Below, one piece after another: positions 25,221 to 37,980 of a stretch of DNA of 64,000 nt. Position 1 is the first letter of the stretch. Each line of letters starts with the position of its first letter. A program made the position numbers and the translations under genes. Location: positions 34,224,001-34,288,000 of the forward strand of contig NC_043004.1 of NCBI RefSeq assembly GCF_006345805.1, read 5' to 3'. The notes under the pieces are model-generated. The model was not told the DNA's origin. It ran no database searches and saw only the letters and a list, made by a program, of their open reading frames with translations. The stretch is from Octopus sinensis (Eukaryota).

Positions 25221-25776
25221 GAGTGAGAGAGCAGTGCATTTCATCAAAGTGACACTAGGGCAAAATATACGAAGCCCAGTATACCCATCATGGCTACCCA
25301 TCTGATAAGGGTACACCAGGCACATGCATCACAACCATATGTGCGTGACATGGTGATATCATATCAAGATAATTGCACATGACCTTGCAGGTGGGGCCCA
25401 GTTAGAATTTTCTTCTGGTTGAGTAACCCATCCCGTTCAAAAGGTCCCTGAATGAGGATTGTTTAAGGATGTTGAACGAAACACCCATGTTCCCAGAGGT
25501 GAATTATTCAAACCCTAAAGAATTCCTCTCAACACAGGGCTATGATGCTCCTCCACTACTTCTACTCATGACCAGAGATGCACATAACGTCAGCCATAAA
25601 GAGACATACTCATCTGGTTACGGTCAAACAACTGACAAGCAAATCTGTGGTCTTGAGCAGAATATTTGTTGTAGTCTGTCTTTTATACCAAGACAAAACA
25701 TGTACATGTTAACACTTCCAATCAGTTAAGATCAAAAGCCATGAGAGCCACTGTCTGGTACTGCATCAGGGCATTT
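25221..25776. mobile_element. Family E element, copy 2, flanked by (ATT)n on both sides
   Basis: (att)n-gagtgagagagcagtgc...gcatcagggcattt-(att)n. Confidence 0.85.
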
Positions 25777-25827
25777 ATTATTATTATGATTATTATTGTT
25801 GTTGTTGTTGTTGTTGTTATTGTTAGT

Positions 25828-26436
<609 letters not shown>

Positions 26437-27124
26437 TAATAATAATTATTATTATTATTATTATTATTATTATTTATTGTTGTTGTTGTTATTAGTTTTG
26501 TAAGGTTTGCTCAAGAAACATCACTGTATTTGTCAAAAGGAAATGAACTCATAAATCTCTCATACAATCTAAGTGTCCTGCCTTCTTCCTCGAGTCTAAC
26601 ACTTGAATATTCCACAACACAACACAACAAGCAATCTTGTTCCATATTGTAGTGGTGCTGCTGCAATTAAATCTCAAATATATGTTTATATTTTCTAAGC
26701 AGAGTATTTTATGAAGATACACAAAGCCAATGTGAAAATCAATAAAAATGATAGAAAATGAACAATTCTGCTCTACCCAGCAGATGACTCTGTAATGTAA
26801 CAGTGTTTCTGCTGTGAAAAAAATATTTATTTTGCATTTTTCACACTAGAAAATATATGATTTTCAGCTTTACATTGAGCTATACAACCGAACATATCCA
26901 ATCTAAACTTCCTTTTCTGTTAGTTTTGCAATAACTTCCTCGGTCGTCTTGTTTTCTCCATTAGATTATTATAGCTTCAGTATGTTCTCTCTTACAGTGC
27001 ACTTTGTACACTTTTATCAAAGCCTGGAGATGGTACACAGCAGCTACAGCAGAGAATAACTCATAATCTGATTAGCTAAGAGACTGATGAGCGTGACAAT
27101 AATCCTTGCTAATGCCAGACCACA

Positions 27125-27280
27125 TACATACATAATGTATGTATATAAGTATATATCTATACATATACATATGTATATATATATATGTATGTATGTATAT
27201 AAATATATATATATATATATATACATATATATACATATATATATGTGTATATATATATATGTGTATATATATGTATATAC

Positions 27281-27330
<50 letters not shown>

Positions 27331-27414
27331 GTATATACATATATATATATGTATGTATATATATATACATATATATATGTGTATATATATACATATATAT
27401 ATGTGTATATATAC

Positions 27415-27468
<54 letters not shown>

Positions 27469-27479
27469 GTATATACATA

Positions 27480-27514
<35 letters not shown>

Positions 27515-27532
27515 ATATATGTATATATATAT

Positions 27533-27570
<38 letters not shown>
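27125..27570. repeat. ~450-bp degenerate (TA)n array followed by (GATA)n
   Basis: Direct reading. Confidence 0.95.
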
Positions 27571-27571
<1 letters not shown>

Positions 27572-28284
27572 TTCATATAGATGTAAGACTCTGTGTGTGT
27601 GTGTGTATACAGATAAATAGCTAAATGAAGATGAGAGAAAGATAATTTAATCAACACTGTTAATGTCCCGACAGAATTTGTGGTAGAAATTAAAGTTAAT
27701 TTTGTAGGGTCATAGTAAGACTAGACATAATTTTCAATAGTTTCCTCACATGAATAGAAACCATACCAGAACATAATGCCTCATGTGATTGAATTATTTC
27801 ACTGTCAAACATTTAACTCTTGCTATCCTCTCTCTCTCTCTCTCTCCACACACACACACATATACAAAAGCACACACATACACACACACACATACACAAA
27901 CACATATACATATACATATACATGCACACACAAAGACATATGCTTTTCTTTTATGGGAAAGCTTGCAAATACTTAGGGTTCAGCTTATATATATATTTAT
28001 ATATAAATATTTGTGTTTCATCGTTTGATGTCTGTTTTCCAATGCTACCCAAGGTCTGATCAATATGTTAGTGAAGTGTTGTTATACAGCTGGATGCTTT
28101 TCCTTTGTTAACCCTTATTTGTTTTTCAAGTAAGGGATCTCGAATTTCACAGTTCTTTAAGTCATGATATTGAGTAGATGATTTCTTGACAGGCAAACTG
28201 GAAACAATAACACTGTTCAGAGCTAAGGACTTCCATAAAGCGCAACAGACACACTGACACACACACACAGAGACATGCATATAT

Positions 28285-28652
28285 ACTCTTTACTCTTTTA
28301 TTTGTTTCAAATCATTTGACTGTGGCCATGCTGGATCACTGCCTTTAGTCGAACAAATCGACCCCAGGACTTATTCTTTGTAAGCCTAGTACTTATTCTA
28401 TCAGTCTCTTTTGCCTAAACCGCTAAGTTACGGGGACAAACACAGACACAAACACACACACACGCATATATATATATATACATATATATGACGGGCTTCT
28501 TTCAGTTACTGTCTACCATATCCACTCATAAGGCTCCAGTTGGCCTGAAACTATAGTAGAAGACACTTGCCCAAGGTGCCACACAGTGGAACTGAACCCA
28601 GAACTATGTGGTTCATAAGCAAGCTACTTACCACACAGCCACTCCTATGCCT
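28285..28652 (-). mobile_element. SINE family B, full length
   Basis: As 17753-18158. Confidence 0.9.
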
Positions 28653-28696
28653 GTATATATATATATATGTATATATATATATAAAAATACACACAT

Positions 28697-29090
28697 AGGT
28701 ACAGGCATATTGTGTGGCAAGAAGTTTGTTTTCCAATCACATGGTTCCAGGTTCAGTCCCACTGTGTGGCACCTTGGGCAAGTGTCTTTTACTGTAGCCT
28801 CAGTCCAACCAAAGCCTTGTGAGTGGATTTGGTAGATGGAAACTGAAAGAAGCCTATCGTATATGTATGTGTGTGTGTGTCGTTGTGTCTGTGTTTGTCC
28901 TCCACTTCTACCTGACAACCGGTGTTGGTGAGTTTACATCCCTGTAACTTAGTGGTTCAGCAAAAGACACCAACAGAATTAGTATCAGGCTTAAAAATAA
29001 AATAAGTACTGGAGTTGATTTATTTGACTAAAATGTTTCTCACAGTGGTGCTCCAGCATGGCCACAGTCTAATGACTGAAACAAGTAAAC
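28697..29090 (+). mobile_element. SINE family B, full length (head-to-head with previous)
   Basis: As 657-1037. Confidence 0.9.
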
Positions 29091-29104
29091 GGTGAAAGAT
29101 ATAT

Positions 29105-29335
29105 ATTTCTTTACTACCCACAAGGGGCTAAACATAGAGGGGACAAACAAGGACACAAATGGATTAAGTTGATTACTTTGACCCCAGTGCGCAACTGGTA
29201 ATTAATTTATCGACCCCGAAAGGATGAAAGGCAAAGTCGACCTCGGTGGAATTTGAACTCAGAACGTAACAGCAGACGAAATACGGCTATGCATTTCGCC
29301 TGGCATGCTAACGTTTCTGCCAGCTCGCTGCCTTC
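29105..29335 (-). mobile_element. SINE family A, full length
   Basis: Reverse complement of 20660-20910. Confidence 0.9.
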
Positions 29336-29582
29336 AACGGGGAAAGATATATTTCATTTGCTAGTTACACATTTGTACATGTAGGAAAGGCTTGTAAGAT
29401 ATCTCCTATACAAATTTCTAGAAGAATCCCTAATAGGAGATATACATATTCTACTACTTGTACAATTCTGCAAATCCTATTAATCAAAGAAACGTGTGTA
29501 ATGGTAAATAAATAATACCAACACTTTTTTTCCAGTTTCCTGTTTTGATACGTATGTATGCATGTATGTATCTATACACAGT

Positions 29583-29984
29583 AGGCACAGGAGTAGCTGT
29601 GTGGTAAGTAGCTTGCTTACCAACCACATAGTTCCAGGTTCAATCCCACTGTGTGACACCTTGGGCAAGTGTCTTCTACTATAGTCTTGGGCCGACCAAA
29701 GCCTTGTGAGTGGATTTGGTAGAGGGAAGCTGAAAGAAGCCCATCGTATATATGTATATATATAAATGTGTATGTGTGTGTTTGTGTGTCTGTGTTTGTC
29801 TCCCCAACATCACTTGACAACTGATGCTCGTGTGTTTGCATCCCTGTAACTTAGCGGTTCGGCAAAAGAAACCAATAGATTAAGTACTAGGCTTACAAAG
29901 AATAAGTTCTGGGGTCGATTTGCTCAACTAAAGGTGGTGCTCCAGCATGGTCGCAGTCAAATGACTGAAACAAGTAAAAGAGTA
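29583..29984 (+). mobile_element. SINE family B, full length
   Basis: Head aggcacaggagtagctgtgtggtaag through tail gactgaaacaagtaaaagagt. Confidence 0.9.
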
Positions 29985-30359
29985 ATATAGAGGCACACAA
30001 AAGCACCAATATATTAATTAGACTATCCATTGATCTGCTTAAATCCTTAAATCCTTAAAAATGTTTCAGCCCGAAGGCCGCGGCCATGCTGGGGCACCAC
30101 CGCTGAAATGAGCTTGTTTAATTTGTGACTGCATTATAAGCAGCTTATCTATCAGTTAGAGAAGCTAGATGGGTGCATCTGCCATGAAGAGTATTCTACA
30201 AGCTGTGAAACAGTCTTGAAGAAGCTGTGTGTTTTCTTCTCATACATCAGTGGTATAAAATGGCTGTATTTACATTGTTATTTTTCCAACAGTGAGGTTT
30301 ATAATATTTAATTTCTCTTTAGTTCTTCAGATACATGGTGTGTTTCGCATAAATACTGT

Positions 30360-30612
30360 TGTTTGTGCTGGTGCCACATTAAAAGCATCCATGCTGGTTC
30401 CCATGTAACAGGCACCTGTGCCAGTGACAGATAAAAACTGCAAAGTACACTCTGTAAAGTGATTGGCATTAAAAAGGGCATCTAGCTGTAGAAACCCTAC
30501 CAAAACAGACAGTTGGAGCCTGGTGCAGCTCTCTCACTGGTCAGCTACTGTCAAACCATCCAACCCCTGCCAGCATGAAAAATGGATGTTAAAGGATGAA
30601 GATGATGATGAT
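30360..30612 (+). mobile_element. RTE LINE 3' UTR copy
   Basis: Family match and (GAT)n tail. Confidence 0.7.
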
Positions 30613-31154
30613 GTAAACCTGAACACTCACTAATAATCTTGTGTATTATACAATTTGCTTCCAATCTTCTGCACTATTTTCAGACTGGACTTTGGCCTAT
30701 TCTTATTCATTGTTGGCTTAAATGCAAATTTTTAAATTGCTTACGTATATTTTATTTAACATTCCTGCCTCTTAAAATATGCTTTTCTCTTCACCTTTCA
30801 CCTGAACTATTTTTATTCTTATATTTTACTACCGGTTCACTTCCTGCTTCTATTTTCCGTAACCCTTTAATAAAAATAATTATGTGAAATATCGACCCTA
30901 AAAATGTATCACCTCATATCTTTTGCTGTGTTATTTGTTACTGATTCAGGAGTCTTCGAATGTATTGAACTTGTTGACATCTGATTGAAGAATAAAATGA
31001 TAAATCATAATGGCAACACATGGCTCCGTGGTTATGCAGTTTATTTCGCAACAATTAGGTTCCGGGTTCAACTCCTATTGTGTGGCTATGAGTTACTTAG
31101 GACCTTGAAAAATGAAATTTGGCAGATTGAAACCATGCAAAAGCCCTTCACTTA

Positions 31155-31227
31155 CACATACACAAACAAATACACACACACAAACACACACACACACACA
31201 AACATACACACACACAAACACACAAAC

Positions 31228-31262
<35 letters not shown>

Positions 31263-31340
31263 AACACACAAACACACACAAACACACACACAAACACACA
31301 CACACAAACAAACACACACACACACACACACACACACATG
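31155..31340. repeat. (CA)n/(CAAA) degenerate array
   Basis: Direct reading. Confidence 0.95.
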
Positions 31341-31564
31341 CACGTCATCTTTCCCTTCATCTCCCAACTTTTCCCATGCCTCCTCTTCCTCCTCATTCCA
31401 TTCCACTTTCTCTTTTCCTCTTTCACCCTGTTTCTCTCTTTTACCAATTCTTGTTCTCTATGAATCTTCTTGGTCTTGTGTTACTTATCAGTTGCAACCA
31501 ATTTAGAGGATGCAAGACCCTGCTATCTCTCATTAAGTTCTCTTCTGTTAAATTTTCTCTACAG

Positions 31565-31575
31565 AAGGAATTTTT
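31565..31575 (+). other. Candidate 11-nt micro-exon aaggaattttt
   Basis: Strong acceptor ..ttctcttctgttaaattttctctacag immediately followed 11 nt later by GTAAGT. Confidence 0.25.
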
Positions 31576-31790
31576 GTAAGTCTTTCAAATTTTCACTCCT
31601 TTCAGGAAGTTCCCTGATCTACTTTTATTGATTTTACTAAACAATAAATATCTTTTTCTGATCCAAATTAGCACCTGTCTCTTTTGTTCCTGTTTAACCG
31701 TGTACATAAGTAGTCTTTTCTCTGTTTAATTTAGAGTAACTTTTGATTGGCTTCCTACTTGGTAGCAGGGTTACGGAGGAAAGCATCTTG

Positions 31791-32242
31791 GTGTAAAGAT
31801 TGTTTGCCAACATAACATAACAGTCCTAGTTTAGGACGAATGTTGCTGTAATTTAGCCCCATGAGACATCGTTTCCAGCTGGCTATATGACACGGTCTGC
31901 ATCCTTATATTTTCAAACAAGGGAATCTGGCATCCCCACTCAGCTCAAAACAATATCTGTTTTCTGGGTTATTTCTCTTCACCAGCACAGTATAATTGTT
32001 TGGCTGATGAAAGGAAATAACCCGGAAATCATAATAAACAGATATTGTTATTTTGAGCTGAGTGGGGTGCTAGATTCCCTTGTTCAAAAATATAAGGACG
32101 CAGATCATGTCGTATAGCCAGCTGGAGACAATGTCTCCTGGGGCTAAATTACAGCTACATTCGTCCTAAACCAAGACTGCCATGTTATGTTGACAAACAA
32201 TCTTTACTGCAAAGTACTGTTGCTGAATATCTCTCATTGTGA
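31791..32242. mobile_element. Palindromic element family P, ~200-bp arms, 12-bp flanking direct repeat
   Basis: Arms 31791-31975 / ~32040-32215 are reverse complements; gaaagcatcttg at 31779-31790 and 32243-32254. Confidence 0.9.
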
Positions 32243-33704
32243 GAAAGCATCTTGTTTTGTTCATCAACCTTTAAATCTTAAGAAGGTTTTGCAAATTCTT
32301 ATAGTTCCAGATATCGTGATCATTTGTAGTGTATAAATTCAGGATTTGTGTTTTCTCCTCAAAATCCTAAGCTCAGCTATACTTTCCTCCAAATTGGTCA
32401 GTATGTATCTGGTTGTTCTAATAATAATAGACATGAAGCTGAAAGTTTGTGTATGTATGTATGCATACATGCTTACATCTTTCAATGCTTATCAATGAAG
32501 GATGTAAACATTATTGAAAAACCATTATTCTTCTATGTCCATAAGTTACAAATACTCTCTTGTCACTTTCACTGTCAGAAGTATTGTAAAACAGTGATTG
32601 GTCCATTGGCAATCTGTCACCAATGTTACTATTGCCCACAATTTGTGAAGTAAAATAAATAAGTAAATAAATAAATAAATAGCACACAAAATTAAACATA
32701 TATTGAAGATAGCAAATTTATGCAATTATTTGACTTCACTATTTAGAGTGATAAGTTTAGTTTTACAGTTAGTGTTTGGAAATAGTTTTTTTTTTTTTTC
32801 AGTTTTGGGTTTAATCTTAACAAAAGAATTGAGGAAACTTGTATGTGGTTAAATGACTTGCAAGAAATAACAGATAAACCTTCCTCAAATTACAACTATA
32901 TATCATAAATAAGGCAGAATATAATTGAAAATATAGTTCTAAATATCCTTAAAAATGGAAGGATCATTGTTGGAATGCTTTTGATTAAAGCTCTGTTCAA
33001 TCAGGTCTGACCTGGGGCTAAACAGCAGCAACTTCATTCAACATGATTTTCAGAAATAATGTCTACAAGGTGCTGAAATATTTACCACATTATCATGAAA
33101 TATAGATTTCAGACTGATAATGTATTTTCTGTGTGGATAAGATGCACATATTTGCTTGCACAAGTTTGTCTCACTGGATACTGTATTCCATTCTTGTTGA
33201 GTGTTTAAGAATAAAAAGGGAGATTTGATGCAAAAAAGAAAAAAATATACATAAAGCAATGTTACTCCAAAATTGTTCCAAGAAATCTAGCTACTCTACA
33301 AAGAAAGAAAAATGAACTTATGCCAGTGGAAAACAATGCATTAATACAGAAACATCTGCTGGAAAGATGGACAGGCAGGTTATATAACGAATATTCAAAG
33401 CTGATATTTGTATTATCGCAGACTATCTGAATCTGCAGAAACCAAATACTCGCATACAGGTACAATCCATTAAAAAAGGAACATCCACGAGACCATTCAA
33501 CATTTTAGAAATAGCAGCTGATTTTATTCTCAAGTCACACCTCTGAAAAATTAAGGAAATATTGTAGAATCAAATGAAACACATATAAGTACCAGGATAG
33601 TTACAATTGGAATGTCTTTAATCATAAATCTGTTTGACAAGGCCAGCCTGGGGCTAAAATAAGAAAAAGACTCCAGACAATTAACACCTGTAAATTCCCT
33701 TCTT

Positions 33705-34304
33705 ATTTATTTATTGCCCACAAGGGGTTAAACATAGAGGGGACAAACAAGGACAGACAAAGGGATTAAGTTGATTACATCAACCCCAGTGCATAACTGG
33801 TACTTAATTTATCAACCCCGAAAGGATGAAAGGCAAAGTCACCCACAGTGGAATTTGAACTAAGAACGTAACAGCAGACGAAATACCTATTTCTTTACTA
33901 CCCACAAGGGGCTAAACACAGAGAGAACAAACAAGGACAGACAAACGGATTAAGTCAATTATATCGACCCCAGTATGTAACTGGTACTTATTTAATCAAC
34001 CCCGAAAGGATGAAAGGCAAAGTCACCCTCGGTGGAATTTGAACTAAGAACGTAACGGCTGACGAAATACCTATTTCTTTACTACCCACAAGGGGCTAAA
34101 CACAGAGAGGACAAGCAAGGACAGACAAATGGATTAAGTCGATTATATCGACCCCAGTATGTAACTGGTACTTATTTAATCAACCCCAAAAGGATGGAAG
34201 GCAAAGTAGACCTCGGCTGAATTTGAACTCAGAATGTAGCGGCAGACGAAATACCACAATGCATTTCGTTCTGTGTGCTAATGTTTCTGCCAGCTCACCG
34301 GCTT
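33705..34304 (-). mobile_element. Tandem trimer of SINE family A
   Basis: Units start ~33705, 33888, 34072 (period 184); only one has the complete head. Confidence 0.9.
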
Positions 34305-35096
34305 CAGATTCCCTTCTCCTGAATTACAATATCTGTAGTGAGAAGAGTCTGTAAATTTTCATTATTTGATATTCCACGAAGCTATTGGAATAGGTCTGTG
34401 TACATGTGTCTCTTTCTGTTGCATGCAACATTTTACCATAGTTCTAATAGACTGAATTAGTCTAATAGCCACTAATGCAGCTGTCTACAGCAGAGTGATC
34501 TTAAAGAGAGGTAGCACCTATCAATGTAGCACACAAGTGAAGATCTACTAATATATCTCTCACAAAACTCTAAGTTTTTCAGGACCAATATTAATTATGC
34601 ATAGCTAGATTAACAAACTGAGACAATTTCCTTCAGGAACGCCAATGATGCATAATAACAGTTTAATAACACTGAACATTACTTAAACTGCATCACAAAT
34701 TCAACAGCTTCCCTAGTTTAACGAAGTACTGATGTTAAACAAAGAGAAAATAATGAATGCAGATTAGAAATCTATTATTTATTGGAACTGTCTATTGAAA
34801 TCAGACATAAATCTAACAGGTCTTTAATATTCTTTAGTCAACAATTACAATAAGGCTTATGTCAGAGCAATTTGTGTCTCATTTTTCTCTTCTACTTAAT
34901 TGATTTCATTTAAAATGCTTTTTTGTTTTTCTTATAATTCCATTCACCCTTTAACTTTCTTAGTGTAGCAGAAGATTTATAAAAAAACACAATGATGGAT
35001 TTAGAGATTTTGAAATGTGTTATATTTTTTACATTCTGTTTGTCTGTTGATGCATTTTTCAGGAGTCAAAATACTCATTCTGCTAATATATATGTA

Positions 35097-35134
<38 letters not shown>

Positions 35135-35800
35135 CATATGAGGACAGATGTGTTTAAAAGTGTCACACTCTATCAGTAGAGGGAACCTGTGGAAGAGGTA
35201 CACCCAGGAAGACCTGGGATGAGGTGGTGAAGCATGACCTTCAAACATTGGGCCTCACGGAAGCAATGATGAGTGACCAAGACCTTTTGAGACCTAGCAA
35301 GCCAAGCAAGACTGTAACTGTTACCTATGCCAGTTCAGCATAACCAACCCATTTAAAAGTACCCTGCAATCATTGGGCAATAGACTGTGCCTGCGAAGAC
35401 CGGTTGAGGCAAGTGAAGTCATTGTCATGGCTGATGCCAGTACCACCTGACTGGTACGTGATTGGTACCCATGCTGGTGGCACATAAAAAGCACCATTCA
35501 AGTGGGGTTGTTGTCAGTGCTGCCTGACTGGCTCCTGTGCCAGTGGCACATAAAAAGAACCATTCAAGTGTGGTCGATGCTAGTACTGCCTGACTGACCC
35601 ACGTGGCACATAAAAAACACCCACTACACTCACGGAGTGATTGGAGTTAGGAAGGGCTGTAGAAAATCTGCCAGATCAGACTGGAGCCTGGTACTGCCTT
35701 CTGGCTTGCCAGCCCTCAGTCAAACCGTCCAACCCATGCCAGCATGGAAAGCGGATGTTAAACGAAAACGACGACAACAATGATGATGATGATGATAATG
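35135..35800 (+). mobile_element. RTE LINE 3' end: ORF C-terminus + 3' UTR
   Basis: KCHTLSVEGTCGRGTPRKTWDEVVKHDLQTLGLTEAMMSD (RTE GRGRPRKTW motif) continuous with the repeat-bearing UTR and (GAT)n. Confidence 0.85.
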
Positions 35801-35835
35801 ATATAGCAAAGAAATGAGCAAGGGACAGCAATCAA

Positions 35836-36167
35836 TGCACACTAGCCAACTGCCCCATGTATGACACAGATTTATGCCAATGGGTAAATGTTGTGTATGG
35901 AATACAATGTAACAAATGCAATAATTTCTCTGTGGGTAGCACAACAAGACCATTACACATTCGCATCAAGGAACATGTAAACATGAGCATCCTCCTTCAG
36001 AAAACATCTAGACAAGATGCTGGAACACCAACAGAGACATAACCATCACAACTGAGGCCAATGACAGAAATTTAAGAAATTTAAGAATTAAGGAGGCTAT
36101 CCTCATAGACAGACTAGGGCCCCAAATTACCAACAGATTGGAAATTAGCAATCACTATATTATTTAA
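35836..36167 (+). pseudogene. Penelope-like GIY-YIG endonuclease domain, frameshifted
   Basis: NVVYGIQCNKCNNFSVGSTTRPLHIRIKEH..FRKHL..TEANDRNLRNLRIKEAILIDRLGPQITNRLE*. Confidence 0.85.
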
Positions 36168-36433
36168 CATCGACACCCTGTGCACACGATGGTAACGTGC
36201 TAATGTAAAGAAAAAAAAAGATGTATGTATAATACATAACCGTCACAACAGAGGCCAATGACAGAAACTTAGGAAATTTAAGAATTAAGGAGGCTATCCT
36301 CATAGACAGACTAGGGCCCCAAATTACCAACAGATTGGAAATTAGCAATCACTTTATTATTTAACATTGACACCCTGTGCACACGATGGTAACATGCTCA
36401 TGTAAAAAAAAAAATGTATGTATAATACATAAC
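36038..36433 (+). repeat. Tandem duplication (197 + 193 bp) of PLE ORF end and 3' flank
   Basis: Units 36038-36234 and 36235-36427, cataac at each junction. Confidence 0.95.
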
Positions 36434-36609
36434 TTAGAAGCAGCACTGCGGATGTGCCAACACACACGAACTCGAGATATGACCACCCTCATGCACTTCT
36501 CATGAGGAATTCCGGAAGGAGCTTCATGAGATCACAGCAGAGATGCTTCTGACAAGTTTCAGTAACCATTGGAAAACCAATTATAACAGTGACTCCATTA
36601 ATTCCTAGC

Positions 36610-36651
36610 AATATCTGAAGATGGAGTTTTTATATTCCGAAATATTATATT
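36610..36651 (+). ncRNA. Minimal hammerhead motif downstream of the GIY-YIG ORF
   Basis: aatat-CTGAAGA-t-gga..tcc-GAAA-tat-t-atatt; stem I 5 bp, one extra U after A9, very short palindromic stem III. Confidence 0.6.
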
Positions 36652-36849
36652 AGTCTATGAGTAATTAGATTATTTCTAGCAGTTATTTTAGTCCACTCTG
36701 CATTGTTGTACCATTCAAGACACGTTACAGTTCACAAACGATACACAATGCTTCCAGCAAACTACAATACCGACTTATATATACGTGTATGTGTGTGTGT
36801 GCATGTATATATATATATATGTGTGTGTGTATATATGTATATATATATA

Positions 36850-37160
36850 TCAAGGGTTCCAGTTAATGTGATCAATGGAACAGCCTACTCACGACATTAG
36901 CATGCAAGTGGCTGAGTACTCCACAGACTCATGTACTCTTAATGTACTTCTGAGAGAGATTCAGCATAACACAGAATGTGATAAGGCTGGACCCCTTTGA
37001 ATTACAGGTATAACTTATTTTTGCCAACTGAGTGAATTAGACCAAGGCAAAATAAAATGTCTTGGTCAAGGACACAAGACACTGCTTAAAATTGAACTCA
37101 CAAGCTTACAATCATGAGCCAAATACCCCTAACTACTAAGCCACACACCTTCACCTATAT
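36850..37160 (-). mobile_element. Degenerate tRNA-derived SINE (third family)
   Basis: Minus-strand head with A/B-box-like motifs; related pieces at ~2000-2180, 49060-49250, 55500-55630. Confidence 0.5.
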
Positions 37161-37633
37161 ATATGCGCATGTGTTGTGTGTATAAATATGTTTGTGTGTG
37201 TGTAAAATAAAAAGGATTCAAGGAGTCAAGCAGAACTCACATTAAGCATTCTAGCTGTGGTAACACACTAATTAAATTTAGGATATAAATAACATAACTG
37301 TGTACCTGAAAATCCAGAGAACCCTAGTGTGAAGTGTATAATAATAACCATTTTAAATGCAGGAGAAGTGAGGGGTAAAAGATTTTTCATTGCATGTGTT
37401 TACAGCTGTTTTGTAATTCATGTTTGATTGCATCATTAATTCTGATTTGAAGGTGAATTCACACTGTAAATATTTCACATATGCATTTTATACATTTATG
37501 AATCCATATATACATACACATAAAATTGTACAGTTACAAAACGACACACTAAGCAGAATATTTTGCAAAACCTATTTCTGTAATTACAGATTTGTCTCAA
37601 AGGTGCATGTATGTACATATACATATACATAGG

Positions 37634-37694
<61 letters not shown>

Positions 37695-37703
37695 ATATAT
37701 ATA

Positions 37704-37980
37704 TATTAATAGTAATAATATGACAACAAAAGAATGAATGAGACCACAATATTATGTAAATAGAGGAATTTATCTGTAATATAATATGTGACAATTATTC
37801 GGTTGCCATAATAAAACTTCAAGTTTCGGATGTCAGGGTGGAAATCAGCTCTGGCATCTTGTCAGTTATTAAGGGTCTTAAAATCTAATGAGATGCTGGA
37901 GGCTGATTTCCACCCGACATCCGAAACTCAGAGTTTTATTATGGCAACCAATTAAATTGGCACATGTTATATTACAGATA
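37704..37980. mobile_element. Penelope-like terminus folded back on itself, two hammerhead relics
   Basis: Arms 37771-37860 / 37890-37980 are reverse complements; 37704-37812 also matches 44251-44360; TA runs on both flanks. Confidence 0.75.

Noticed and set aside
36549-36590. ctgacaa..ggaaaac hammerhead-like string
   Set aside because: No GAAA in register and no stem I
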